In this document: piece by piece, positions 41,509 to 50,731 of the stretch
Numbering within the stretch: the first letter of the stretch is position 1
Layout: each line of letters begins with the position of its first letter
Assembly: GCA_021802585.1 (NCBI GenBank)
Contig: JAJZRQ010000001.1
Location: forward strand, 11,234 to 75,233
Direction: 5' to 3'
Origin: Chloroflexota bacterium
GTDB taxonomy: Bacteria; Chloroflexota; Limnocylindria; Limnocylindrales; CSP1-4
DNA: 64,000 nt
The notes under the pieces: generated by a model
The model's input: only the letters and a program-made list of their open reading frames with translations
What the model was told of the DNA's origin: nothing
The model's database searches: none
Made by a program: the position numbers and the translations under genes

Positions 41509-42836
41509 GGCGCGGCCCCCCGCGACGCGGCACCGCGCGGGACGCCGCCGGCGGGCGAGCCGACCCCGTCGGTGGGGACCGGGTGCCAGGACCAGCGGGC
41601 CTCGGGGAGCGGTGCCTCCGGGTCGGCGAGGGCGACACGCCCGACGCTCCCCTCCCCGAACCGGACGGCGAGGCGGGCGAGCTGCCAGCCGAGGCGCGCC
41701 GCCGCGTTCGCCTGCGGCGCGAAGAGGGAGAGCTGATGACCGGTCGCCGGGACGACGTCGAGGAGCTCCAGCTCGAGGCGGACGACGGGCGCGGCCGGCG
41801 GCTCCCGCTCCAGGCGCGCGAGGAGGAGCCGCTCGATCGCCTCCGGGTCGGCGGTCGGCTCGGGGAAGCGCTGGGCGACGGCCGCGACCGGGAGGTCGGC
41901 GCCGGGGAGCGGCAGGCGTTCGGGAGAGAACGCCGGGTCGAGCGTCGCGACGAGGCGGGCCCTGCCGGCGGCCTCGCCCCGGGCGTCGAGCTGCGCCGCG
42001 AGGGCGGCGGCGAGGCGGCGGAGAACGAAGTGGAGGGCGCCGAGGTCGGCGATCGGCTCGTCGAGGGAGAGGCCAAGGGCGAGCCGCTCGGGGATGCGGC
42101 GCGGGCGGAACGGGTCGGTCTCGCGGCCGTTCGCCCGGGCGTGGAGCCGCTCGCCCTCCGCGACACCGAAGCGGGCGACGAGGGCCGAGCCCGGCAGGGC
42201 GGCGACGGACCCGATCGTCATGAGACCGAGCCGGGCGAGCCGGCCGCGGACCTCCGGGTCGCGGGAGAGGGCGGCCGCGGGGAAGGGGGCGAGGAACGCG
42301 GCGTCCTCCCCCGGCGGGACGAGGACGGCCGGGACGGCGGACGGGCCGGGGCCGGTCGCTGCGGCGAGCGCCGCCGCGAAGCGCGTCCCGGCGATCCCCG
42401 CCCGGGGCGTCCCCGGGAGGAGTGGGCCGAGAGCGGCCCGGACCTTCCCGACGAGGGCGGGCTCCGGACCCCAGAGCGCCCCGAGGCCGTCCACCTGGAC
42501 CTCGAGCGAGCCGAAGGCGCGGTCGGCGGGGTCGGTCGAGCCGCCGACCCCCGGGCTGAACGCGGCGAGGGCGTCGATGGCGGCCGCGACGGCCGCCGCG
42601 TCGGCGGCGGGGTCGGGCGGGAGGAAGGCGGCCTCGGGGGCGAGCCGGTGAGCCTGCCCGAGGGGGATCCCCCGGCGGACGCCGAGGGAGGCGGCCTCGG
42701 GGCTGGCGTCGAGGACGACGCCGTCATCCCACGGCCGCCCACCGAGGATGAGCGGCCCGGCGATCGGGATCGCGGGATCGCGCGCCCGCGCGAGCCGGAG
42801 GGCGAGATGAGGCCAGGCGAGGTGGAGGAGGCGCAT
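41505..42836 (-). CDS. imuB: ImuB (Y-family polymerase-like, catalytically inactive mutasome subunit)
   Basis: The track ORF was trimmed to the ATG at 42836. The N-terminus MRLLHLAWPHLALRLA resembles mycobacterial ImuB (VLALWCPDWP). It has a UmuC-like fold but lacks the acidic catalytic triad context. 443 aa. Confidence 0.75.
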   Translation of the reverse strand: MRLLHLAWPHLALRLARARDPAIPIAGPLILGGRPWDDGVVLDASPEAASLGVRRGIPLGQAHRLAPEAAFLPPDPAADAAAVAAAIDALAAFSPGVGGSTDPADRAFGSLEVQVDGLGALWGPEPALVGKVRAALGPLLPGTPRAGIAGTRFAAALAAATGPGPSAVPAVLVPPGEDAAFLAPFPAAALSRDPEVRGRLARLGLMTIGSVAALPGSALVARFGVAEGERLHARANGRETDPFRPRRIPERLALGLSLDEPIADLGALHFVLRRLAAALAAQLDARGEAAGRARLVATLDPAFSPERLPLPGADLPVAAVAQRFPEPTADPEAIERLLLARLEREPPAAPVVRLELELLDVVPATGHQLSLFAPQANAAARLGWQLARLAVRFGEGSVGRVALADPEAPLPEARWSWHPVPTDGVGSPAGGVPRGAASRGAAP

Positions 42837-44001
42837 CGGTCGATCGGTCCGGGTCGTGCGGGCGGGTGGAGTGGACGGGCGGGGTTGCAGGACGAGCGGC
42901 GGGGCGGGAATCCGGCGGGGAGGGGCGGGAGTCCGGCGCGGCGACGGACCGGGAGACTCCCACTGCGACGGGCTCCTCCGCCAGGAGCTCGTCGCAGGCG
43001 AGGCAGCGGTCGCGCGGCCCACCCTCCGCGTAGAGGAGGCGGAGGACCGTCCGCCGATCCGGCGCCCCGTGGCGGTCCTTCGCGACGCGGACCTCGGTCC
43101 GCTGCCCGACGACCTCCCGCCCGAGACGGATCCAGCCGGTCCGCCGCAGCTCGAGCCGGAGGCCCGCGCCCTCCTCGAGGATCGACCGGAGCGAGGTGGC
43201 GCCGGCCGGCTCGAGGACGAGGAGGAGCGTCCCGGCCCGCCGGGCGAAGGCGACGAGGCGGGCCAGCTGGTCGGCGGGCCGCGGTGAACGGGACGCTCCG
43301 CGAACGCGCGGGAGCACGGCCCCCGGGCCACCCTGCTTGGTCGTCCGCACCGCGCCGGATGCCCCGGCCCCCGCCCCGGCCGCCGCGAGGTCGAGGACGA
43401 GGACGTCGACCGCCCGCGCCTGGAGGAGCGTCCCCGCCATCGCGAGCGCCTCGCCGGCCGAGGCCGGCACGAGGACCGTGAGCCACTCCAGGCCGACACC
43501 CCGGGCGGCCGCCTCGACGGGGTCGAGGCTTCGCGGGAGGTCCACCCAGGCGACGAGCGCGCCGGCGGCCTGGGCCTCCGCGACGGTCCGCAGGGCGAGG
43601 GTCGTGGCTCCGCTCGAGCCGGCGCCCAGGAGCGCGACGGTCCCGGCCCGGGGCAGGCCGCCGGCGGCGAGCAGCGCGTCGAGCTCGGGGAAGCCGGTGG
43701 AGCGCGACCGGCCCGCGTCGTGCGTCGCGGCGCGTGCCGGCTCCCCGGGGAGCGGCCGCGCCCCGGGCACCGGCACGGCGCCGCCCGGCAGCGGGACGAG
43801 CACCGGGTGGCCCCGACCGGGCGCGGCCCCGGGGAGCGGTCCCGGCCGGCCGTCGGGGAGCGCGGGGACCGCCCCGGCCTCCGCCGGGAGCGGGGCGGCC
43901 GCGAGCGCTCCGAAGACCTCCGTCGCGGGCCGTGGCGCGGCCGACCCCCAGCGGGCCCGGAGGCTCGCGAGGAGGGCGGCACGGTCGGCGCGGCGGTCCA
44001 T
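42724..44001 (-). CDS. imuA: ImuA' (RecA-fold SOS mutasome protein)
   Basis: The start was set to the ATG at 44001 (MDRRADRAALLASLRARWG). The RecA-like P-loop region is FPELDALLAAGGLPRAGTVALLGAGSSGATTLAL. The C-terminal ~40 codons overlap the imuB start by ~113 nt, so the true C-terminus is uncertain. A LexA-like box lies 15 nt upstream. Confidence 0.65.
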   Translation of the reverse strand: MDRRADRAALLASLRARWGSAAPRPATEVFGALAAAPLPAEAGAVPALPDGRPGPLPGAAPGRGHPVLVPLPGGAVPVPGARPLPGEPARAATHDAGRSRSTGFPELDALLAAGGLPRAGTVALLGAGSSGATTLALRTVAEAQAAGALVAWVDLPRSLDPVEAAARGVGLEWLTVLVPASAGEALAMAGTLLQARAVDVLVLDLAAAGAGAGASGAVRTTKQGGPGAVLPRVRGASRSPRPADQLARLVAFARRAGTLLLVLEPAGATSLRSILEEGAGLRLELRRTGWIRLGREVVGQRTEVRVAKDRHGAPDRRTVLRLLYAEGGPRDRCLACDELLAEEPVAVGVSRSVAAPDSRPSPPDSRPAARPATPPVHSTRPHDPDRSTDAPPPPRLASSRPPARAGARSRDPDRRAAHPRWAAVG

Positions 44002-44015
44002 CGGATGCCCGATGA

Positions 44016-44031
44016 TAGAACATCCGTTCGA
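44016..44031. promoter_or_regulatory. LexA (SOS) box-like palindrome upstream of imuA'-imuB
   Basis: TAGAACATCCGTTCGA, one mismatch from TCGAAC-N4-GTTCGA. Confidence 0.6.
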
Positions 44032-44095
44032 TGATGGGAAGGGCCGTCCAGCCCCGGAGCACCCGGCGCCGCACCTGGATCGCCCGCCCGCTCCC

Positions 44096-44983
44096 CTACC
44101 CGAGCGCGATGAGGAAGACGCTCGCCGCGACGAGGCCGAGGCCGAGCCACTGGACCGGCCGCGGGCGCTCCGCGAAGAGGATGACGCCGGCACCGACCGC
44201 GATCACCGGGCCGAACGAGCTCGTGAGGCCGATGAGCCACGTGGGGGCAATCTCGAGGCCGATCGCGAACGCGATGAAGCCGCCGATGTCGAGGAGCCCG
44301 GCAAGGGCGACGAGCGCGACCGTCCGGCCGTCGACCCGTCGCCCGGCCGCCGCCGGCTCGACCGGGCGCCGCGCCCGCGAGACCCCGAGGATGACGCTCA
44401 CGGTGCTCGCGTTCGCCACCCGGGCGAAGAGGAGGACCGGCAGCCAGCCCGCGGAGCGGATCGGGCCGGCGAGGGCCACCGTCAGGACCGCGAACGCGAC
44501 GAGGGCGGCGAAGGCGTAGGCGACGCCCGGCCCGACCGGCCGAGCGCTCCGGAGGCCCGCCTCGAACGCGATCGCGGCGAGGACGATCCCGGCGGTCGCG
44601 ACCCCGACGCCGAACGCCTGGAGCGGGTCGAGCGACTCGCCGAGGAGGAGGACGGAGAGCGCGACGGTGAGCCCGCCATACGTCGAGACGACCGGGCTCA
44701 CGACGGTGATCGGGCCGTGGCGGAGGGCGGTGTAGAAGGCGAGGTAGGCGACCGCCGACACCGTGCCGCAGGCGAGCGCCGTGAGGACGACGTCGGGCGC
44801 CGGCGGGAGCCGGGTCCCCGTGGCGACGACGAGGACGACGAGGACGACGACCGAGACGAGCTGCGTGCCGGCGGTCGCCCGCAGGCTCCCGACGCGCCGG
44901 CTCGCCACGGTCGCAGCGGTGTCGGTGACGCCCCACGCGAGGGCGGCGGTGAGGCCGAGGAGGAGGCCCGGGAGGTCGTGCAC
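44096..44983 (-). CDS. EamA/DMT-family transporter
   Basis: 295 aa, 10 TM helices, duplicated EamA domain. Confidence 0.7.
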   Translation of the reverse strand: MHDLPGLLLGLTAALAWGVTDTAATVASRRVGSLRATAGTQLVSVVVLVVLVVATGTRLPPAPDVVLTALACGTVSAVAYLAFYTALRHGPITVVSPVVSTYGGLTVALSVLLLGESLDPLQAFGVGVATAGIVLAAIAFEAGLRSARPVGPGVAYAFAALVAFAVLTVALAGPIRSAGWLPVLLFARVANASTVSVILGVSRARRPVEPAAAGRRVDGRTVALVALAGLLDIGGFIAFAIGLEIAPTWLIGLTSSFGPVIAVGAGVILFAERPRPVQWLGLGLVAASVFLIALG

Positions 44984-45161
44984 CCGTGGAGCGTACGGGG
45001 CGCCGGCGCGCGCCGTCGGCCGGGCTCGCCTCCCGCGACGAGCACGGATCGGGGGAGGTCCACCCGGGTCCGCGGCGGCCAGTCGGCGCTCCCGGGACGG
45101 CTGCGGGCCCGTGCTACACTTCCGGCCGGCGATCTCGCCCCGGCGCGGGTCGTCTGCGCGT

Positions 45162-45237
45162 GGGGATGTAGCTCAGCTGGGAGAGCACCGCGTTCGCATC
45201 GCGGGGGTCAGGGGTTCGAGTCCCCTCATCTCCACCA
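45162..45237 (+). tRNA. tRNA-Ala (anticodon CGC)
   Basis: GGGGATGTAGCTCAGCTGGGAGAGC...anticodon loop TTCGCAT...GGTTCGAGTCCCCTCATCTCCACCA. The G3:U70 Ala identity pair is present and CCA is encoded. Confidence 0.9.
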
Positions 45238-45238
45238 A
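45217..45238 (+). repeat. attL-like copy of a 22-bp direct repeat (overlaps the tRNA-Ala 3' end)
   Basis: CGAGTCCCCTCATCTCCACCAA, identical to 47698..47719. Confidence 0.7.
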
Positions 45239-45683
45239 ACCCCCTCCGTGCTCAGGTTTCCGGCCTCCGGCCGGTCAACGGCACCTGCCGGGACAGCTGT
45301 GGCTCCGAAACCGGAGCTCTATCCCCTCGCTCCGCCCAGCGCCTCATTCATGCGCGCCGCGGTGTTGCCGGCCTTTCTGGATCGCCACCCGCGGCTGCGC
45401 ATCGACAGCTGCGTCCTGTTGACCGACCGGGATCCGGGTCCTGCAGCCCCCGGATTGACGAGGGTGGTGACCGACGAGACACGCTCCTCGAGGCTCAGGC
45501 CTTGAGCCGGCTGAGGATCCGGGAAGCCTCGGCCGGCGCGCGACCCTCGCGCAGGAGCTGCGACATGAGGCGCATCGGTCGATCGATGTGGCGGAAGCCT
45601 CGCCCGGGAGGCAGGACTCGGCTCGATCAGCAGGACCGCGGTGAGCGGCGCCTGCCGGGAGCTGCGCGACCCTGGTGGCCCGG

Positions 45684-46250
45684 TTACTCAAGCACCACGA
45701 GATCGGTCGACACCGGCACCGCGTTGGCGAGGATGTCGCGGACCGGTGACGTGTCCTGGACGTACTGGCACAGCTCCTCGAGCTGCTCCTTGCTTGCGTT
45801 CGACGAGCGCACCCAGCCGGTCGCCCGAATGGCCGAGAAGCCAGCCCGCGGGCCGCCGAGCCCGAGGAAGCGGCGCAGGTCCAGATCTCCCTCGACCTGG
45901 TAGCGCAGTTCCTCGACCTCGAGGCCCTTTGCGGAAGCGTTGTAGATGAAGCCGACGCCGTAGCAGAAGGCCAGCGCCTGGAGGCAGAGCTCGACCGCGT
46001 TAGGACCGGCGTTCGTCCCGAGCAGGATGGGTGGCTCATCGCCGATCAGCTCGAACGGCACCGACCGCTCGGTCGAGCTCGCGCCGGCATGCTCGAACTC
46101 CCCGATGGTGCCGCGGTTCCGACCGCCCGTCTCCCAGCTGCTCCGTGCCCGGAATGTGAACTGTGCGACCGCCGGGTCGCTGTGGACGGCGCCGACCGTG
46201 GCCACCAGCCGGTCGACATCGACCCCGTTGCGCACCGTGACTGTGGACAC
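45684..46250 (-). CDS. OsmC/Ohr-family peroxiredoxin-like protein
   Basis: The start was set to the GTG at 46250, with a GGGAGG RBS 7 nt upstream (188 aa). The OsmC fold carries conserved Cys (LCLQALAFCYG). Confidence 0.75.
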   Translation of the reverse strand: MSTVTVRNGVDVDRLVATVGAVHSDPAVAQFTFRARSSWETGGRNRGTIGEFEHAGASSTERSVPFELIGDEPPILLGTNAGPNAVELCLQALAFCYGVGFIYNASAKGLEVEELRYQVEGDLDLRRFLGLGGPRAGFSAIRATGWVRSSNASKEQLEELCQYVQDTSPVRDILANAVPVSTDLVVLE

Positions 46251-46446
46251 TGCTGACCTCCCTGCCGGGATCACCGGCGTGCGTGGCGGTACTGAGCGCG
46301 GATGCCGGGTGCCGGAGCGGCGACTCGGCTTGCCGCACCTGGAGGCTAGGAGGCGGACCATGGCCGACGCTTCCGGGGCACCACCCAACGGGCGTGCCGC
46401 ACCAGGGCGTCGCCTGGCGGGATCCACCCACCCCATCGTGGCGCGA

Positions 46447-47532
46447 TCAAGGACGGCGGTCGCGACCTCGGAGCTCGACCTCGCGCGCGGCGGCAGCGGC
46501 TCGAGCGGACTTCCCGCTGAGATCGAACTTCACGTAGACGTTCGACAGATGACGCTCGATGGTACGCACACTGAGTCCGAACCGAGCGGCGATTTCCTGG
46601 TTCGAGAGACCCTGGCCGACCAGGCGCAGCACCTGGTTCTCGCGCGCGCTCAACGGCTGCCCGTTGGGCGGCTCGTCGATGGCCTCCGTTCCGATGAAAC
46701 GCTCGAGCTGCCCGAGGAACTCAGGCCAGGCCTCGTCTCGCGGCTGGAGGATGTGATTCCTGCCGTGAAGCTGAACGAAGCGTACGTCGGGGATGGCGGC
46801 CGCGACGTGGCGCCCGCGGCTGAACGAGATGACCTGGTCGTTGTCGAGGTGCATCACGAGGGTAGGCACCATGACCTCCTGAGCAACCTGCGTAACGTCG
46901 AGCTGGCCAAACGCCAGCTCGAAGCGAACGGCGTTGTCCGGGGAGGTGGTGCGGCGCATGAGCTCGTCATACGCCTGGAGCAGCGCGTCGTCGCCGTCCG
47001 GGACGAAGTCTGCCGTGAATAGCCGCCGGAACGTGGGGTTGTCGCGTCCCCAGCCGATCCGCATGAGGGTCATCAATGCGTCCCGTTCCTGCCGCTCAAG
47101 GTCGGTCATCGGTCGCAATGCCCAGCCCAGCAGGTACCCGCCGTGGATGATGAGGTGGCTGACCCGCTCTGGATGGCGCACAGCGTATCTGATGGCCACC
47201 GGCGCGCCCTGCGACATGCCGAGGAGGGCGAAGCGTTCGTAGCCGGCCGCGTCGACAACGGTCTCGAGGTCGTCGACCCAGGCGTCAAGCGAGAAGTCAT
47301 CGACGTCCCAGTCCGACAGCCCGCAGCCGCGCTCGTCGTAGCGGAGCATCCGGAATCGGCGGCCGAGCTCCGTCAGCCACGGGTGCCAGACGGGGCTCTC
47401 CCAGTCGTACTGGAGGTGAGTCAGCCAGTGCGCGGCCCGCACGAGAGGGTACCCCGAACCGTGCGTCGCGTAGGCGAGGCGCGTGCCGTCGGGCGCCCGC
47501 GTGAAGCTGATCCGCTGCTCATGATGGGGCAT
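46447..47532 (-). CDS. LuxR-family transcriptional regulator with an N-terminal alpha/beta-hydrolase domain
   Basis: The N-terminal alpha/beta-hydrolase fold includes a GMSQGAP nucleophile-elbow-like motif. The C-terminal LuxR HTH is ENQVLRLVGQGLSNQEIAARFGLSVRTIERHLSNVYVKF. Confidence 0.8.
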   Translation of the reverse strand: MPHHEQRISFTRAPDGTRLAYATHGSGYPLVRAAHWLTHLQYDWESPVWHPWLTELGRRFRMLRYDERGCGLSDWDVDDFSLDAWVDDLETVVDAAGYERFALLGMSQGAPVAIRYAVRHPERVSHLIIHGGYLLGWALRPMTDLERQERDALMTLMRIGWGRDNPTFRRLFTADFVPDGDDALLQAYDELMRRTTSPDNAVRFELAFGQLDVTQVAQEVMVPTLVMHLDNDQVISFSRGRHVAAAIPDVRFVQLHGRNHILQPRDEAWPEFLGQLERFIGTEAIDEPPNGQPLSARENQVLRLVGQGLSNQEIAARFGLSVRTIERHLSNVYVKFDLSGKSARAAAAAREVELRGRDRRP

Positions 47533-47697
47533 GGATGGTCAGATCGGTCCGAGGCTGGTCTACCCGGATGATAGGTCGTCGCTGGGCAGCGATGGTACCT
47601 GACGGCGGAGGGCCTCAGGCCGCACGAGCAAGCCATCGATCCGCGCCGAGGAGCGTGCAGTTGAGCCTTCTCGAACAGACGCCAGGGTCGGTGAGGG

Positions 47698-47719
47698 CGA
47701 GTCCCCTCATCTCCACCAA
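47698..47719 (+). repeat. attR-like copy of the 22-bp direct repeat
   Basis: CGAGTCCCCTCATCTCCACCAA; the flanks share further imperfect similarity with the tRNA 3' flank (..GTGCTCAG..). Confidence 0.7.
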
Positions 47720-47883
47720 CTTCCCTGCTGCGTGCTCAGACCGGGCTGCCAAGATGTCCAGGACAGCTACCGGGACAGCGATGGCACGGGCGCGGCCGCA
47801 GACGACAGGTCCGAGTTGCAGGGAGTACCCGAGAGCCCACCCGAAGTTGCCCAGGCCCGGGAGCGGCCGGCGCTCGTCGTCCG

Positions 47884-48768
47884 TCAGTAGCTCGCTTCGG
47901 CCGGCTCCGGTTCTCGCGCTGCCTCGGCGTCCGCCTTCGGCCACGGCAGGAGCCCGACGACGAGTGAGCAGCCGAAGATGATCACCGCCCCGCCGATGAT
48001 CTGCGGGGGCGAGAGGCGCTCGCCCAGGAGCACCGCGGCGACGACGACCGCGACGACCGGGACGACGAACTCGACGCTGATCGCGAGCGTCGCCCCCACC
48101 TCCGCCACGAGGCGGAAGTAGAGGACGTACGCGAGGGCGCTGCACACCCCGGCGAGAAGGACGAGGTAGCCGACGTCGATCGGCCGGGGCTCGGTCGGGA
48201 CGGGCACGACGAGCACGAGCGGCAGCGTCATGAGTCCGCCGGCGAGGAAGGCGCCGATCGTCTGCTCCCACGAGCCGACGGCCTGGAGGTGGCGCCGCGC
48301 CCAGTTGCTGCCGAGCGCCGCCGAGAACGAACCGAACAGCGAGCTCGCACAGCCGAGGACGAACTCGGGGGTCACCGGGACGGTCGGGAAGCCGACGAGG
48401 AGCACGATCCCGCCGAACCCGAGGACGAGCCCGAGCCGCGCGGTCGTCGTGACACGCTCGATCCGCCAGAGCTGGCCGATGACGAGCGAGAACAGCGGGA
48501 TCGTCGCGACGAGGATCGCGGCCATCGCCGTCCCGATCCGCGGCGTGGCGTACGAGAGGCCGATGAGCTGGCCGGCCACGGTCGTCGCGCCGACGACGGC
48601 GATCGGGGCCCACGCGTCGGCGAACGCCAGCCGCCGCCGCATCGCGGCCGCGACGACCACCAGGATTGCGCTCGCGGCGAGCGCCCGGAACGTGACCGCG
48701 CCAACCCACCCGAACGCCTCGACCACGCGGAGCACCAGGATGAACGACGACCCCCAGATGAGGGCCAT
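47884..48768 (-). CDS. EamA/DMT-family transporter
   Basis: The start was set to the ATG at 48768 (MALIWGSSF...). It has 10 TM helices and is the third EamA paralog in the window. Confidence 0.65.
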   Translation of the reverse strand: MALIWGSSFILVLRVVEAFGWVGAVTFRALAASAILVVVAAAMRRRLAFADAWAPIAVVGATTVAGQLIGLSYATPRIGTAMAAILVATIPLFSLVIGQLWRIERVTTTARLGLVLGFGGIVLLVGFPTVPVTPEFVLGCASSLFGSFSAALGSNWARRHLQAVGSWEQTIGAFLAGGLMTLPLVLVVPVPTEPRPIDVGYLVLLAGVCSALAYVLYFRLVAEVGATLAISVEFVVPVVAVVVAAVLLGERLSPPQIIGGAVIIFGCSLVVGLLPWPKADAEAAREPEPAEASY

Positions 48769-48944
48769 CGCGACGTAGTCAAGGACCTGGCGCCGTCCCA
48801 CAGGGCTGATGGTAGGTGGCGACAGAGGATCCGCGCGCCCCCCCCCGCGGCGCGACCCGCCCCCGCGGCGCCCGTGGCGCCCGCACGTGACCGCGATCGT
48901 CCCCCGACCGATGCGCGTCGCCCGGCTGGCGCACAATCGCGGCG

Positions 48945-49445
48945 ATGCGGATCCTCATCGCCCACGCCACGAAGCACGGCTCGACGGCCGAGATCGCCGC
49001 GGCGATCGGGGCGACGCTGCGGGAGGCGGGCCTCGAGGTCGACGTCCGAACCGCCCGCGACGTCCGGACGCTCGCCGGGTACAACGCCGTCGTGCTCGGG
49101 AGCGGCCTCTACTCCGCCCACTGGCTGCGCGAGGCGAACCGCTTCGTGAAGCGCCTCCTGCCGGCGCTCCGCGAGGTCCCGGTCTGGCTGTTCAGCAGCG
49201 GTCCCCTCGACCACTCGACCGACTTCGCCGACATCCCGCTCACGGAGCATGTCGCGCCCGACGTCGCGCCGATCGGGGCGCGCGGCCACCGGACGTTCGG
49301 TGGGCGCCTCCTCCCGGGGACCCCCGGCGTCGACGACGCGCTCCTTGCGACGCACCGCGTCGGCGACTTCCGGAGCTGGGACCGCATCCGCGCCTGGGCC
49401 CGCGAGATCGCGTCCGTGCTCCTCGCGGAGAGCCAGGCCGGCTGA
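48945..49445 (+). CDS. Flavodoxin-domain protein (HemG/flavodoxin-like)
   Basis: MRILIAHATKHGSTAEIAAAIG flavodoxin N-terminal FMN-binding loop; 166 aa. Confidence 0.7.
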   Translation: MRILIAHATKHGSTAEIAAAIGATLREAGLEVDVRTARDVRTLAGYNAVVLGSGLYSAHWLREANRFVKRLLPALREVPVWLFSSGPLDHSTDFADIPLTEHVAPDVAPIGARGHRTFGGRLLPGTPGVDDALLATHRVGDFRSWDRIRAWAREIASVLLAESQAG

Positions 49446-49528
49446 CAGGGCCGGTCCCGCGGGCCGATCGGCCGGCCCGGCTCGCGCCGTCGGGCACCTG
49501 CACCGTGGCGCCGGCCGGCCCGGCGGGC

Positions 49529-50311
49529 TCAGGGCGCCGCGTGGAGCTCGGCGGCGTGGACGCGGAGCCAGCGCCGGTGCGTCGGATGGTCCGGGACCCG
49601 CGTCGCCACGAGGCCCCAGAAGCGGGGGCCGTGCCCAAAGACCCGGAGGTGGCAGAGCTCGTGCACGACGACCGTCTCGAGGACGGCCGGGGGCGCCATC
49701 ACGAGGCGCCACGCGAGCATGACCCGCCCCGCACGGGACGCGCTCCCCCACCGGCTCCGCGTGTCGCGGACGACGACGGCCGCCGGCACCACGCCGAGCG
49801 GTCCGGCATGGCGGGCGATCGCCGCCTCCACGGCGTCGCGCGCGCGGACCCGCAGCCACGCCTCGACGACCGCGGCGAGCGGGCGCCGATCGCGGGGCGC
49901 GAGGGTGACGAGCAGCACGTCCTCGCTCGCGTCGCCGGCGCGGTCCACGTGCGAGCGGCGACGCGCCGGCGACCCCGCCACGACCCGGATCCGGTGCGGG
50001 ACGCCGAGGTACCGCAGGAGCGAGCCGTCGCCGAGGTCGCCCGCCGCCGCGAGGCGCGCCGCCTCCACCGCCTGGCGGGTGAGGTGGCCGCGGATCCACG
50101 CCTCGCGCTCCGCGAGGAACGGCTCGACGAGCGATCGAGCCGGCCCTTCGCCCGTCCGTGTCCCGGGCACCGTCGCGATGACGCCACGCCGCCGGTCGAT
50201 CGTGACCCGCAGCCGGCGCGCCCGGGCGGATCGGCGGAGGGTGTACGGGAGGTCGCCACCCGCGAGGCGCGCGACCGCCGGGGACTCGACGAACGCAGGA
50301 GGACGCACCAT
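49529..50311 (-). CDS. YgjP-like (DUF45) zinc metallopeptidase, HExxH
   Basis: The start was set to the ATG at 50311 (260 aa). VVVHELCHLRVFGHGPRFW matches the WLM/YgjP family motif. Confidence 0.65.
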   Translation of the reverse strand: MVRPPAFVESPAVARLAGGDLPYTLRRSARARRLRVTIDRRRGVIATVPGTRTGEGPARSLVEPFLAEREAWIRGHLTRQAVEAARLAAAGDLGDGSLLRYLGVPHRIRVVAGSPARRRSHVDRAGDASEDVLLVTLAPRDRRPLAAVVEAWLRVRARDAVEAAIARHAGPLGVVPAAVVVRDTRSRWGSASRAGRVMLAWRLVMAPPAVLETVVVHELCHLRVFGHGPRFWGLVATRVPDHPTHRRWLRVHAAELHAAP

Positions 50312-50731
50312 CCGCCGATCCTGCCACAGGCGGCGCCGATCTTCTGTCCCGGCGGGGTCCTTCGGAGTGCAGGAGCCGAAGGGCGCCGGCCACCGCGCGG
50401 ACTGCTGGGCGACTGACCTGACAACGGCGGATGAAGCGCACACCGATCTGGGGTGGTGGGCCGATCACTCTCGTTGGTGGCTCCGGCCACCACCCCACCG
50501 ACGACGCTCACAAGCGTCCGCAGTTCAAGGCCACGTCTCTCCCTCGAGCCGGTGGAAGCCCGCTTCCGGTGGGAGGCGGTCGACGCGCTCAACGGCAGAC
50601 GAACCGGAGGCGGTGGCGCATCGTCAGCCCACATATCATCACGATGTCGAACCGGAGGCTGGCCGCATCGTCGGTGTCTCCCTCAGCGCGCTCCCGGTTC
50701 GGGTTCCGGACTGCCGGCAGGAGGCGCGCCC

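Larger units (their letters stand above)
45239..47697 (+). mobile_element. About 2.5-kb integrase-less genomic islet inserted at the tRNA-Ala(CGC) 3' end (OsmC + LuxR-hydrolase cargo)
   Basis: It is bounded by a 22-bp perfect direct repeat that includes the tRNA 3' end. The cargo genes have visibly lower GC and more A/T-ending codons than the flanking genes. No recombinase ORF was found in the 445-bp segment next to the tRNA. Confidence 0.5.

Noticed and set aside
45239-45683. Possible integrase remnant next to tRNA-Ala
   Set aside because: No frame shows recombinase motifs (R..H..R..Y or serine-recombinase), only a 26-aa helix-like fragment ending at 45496. There is insufficient evidence to call a pseudogene.
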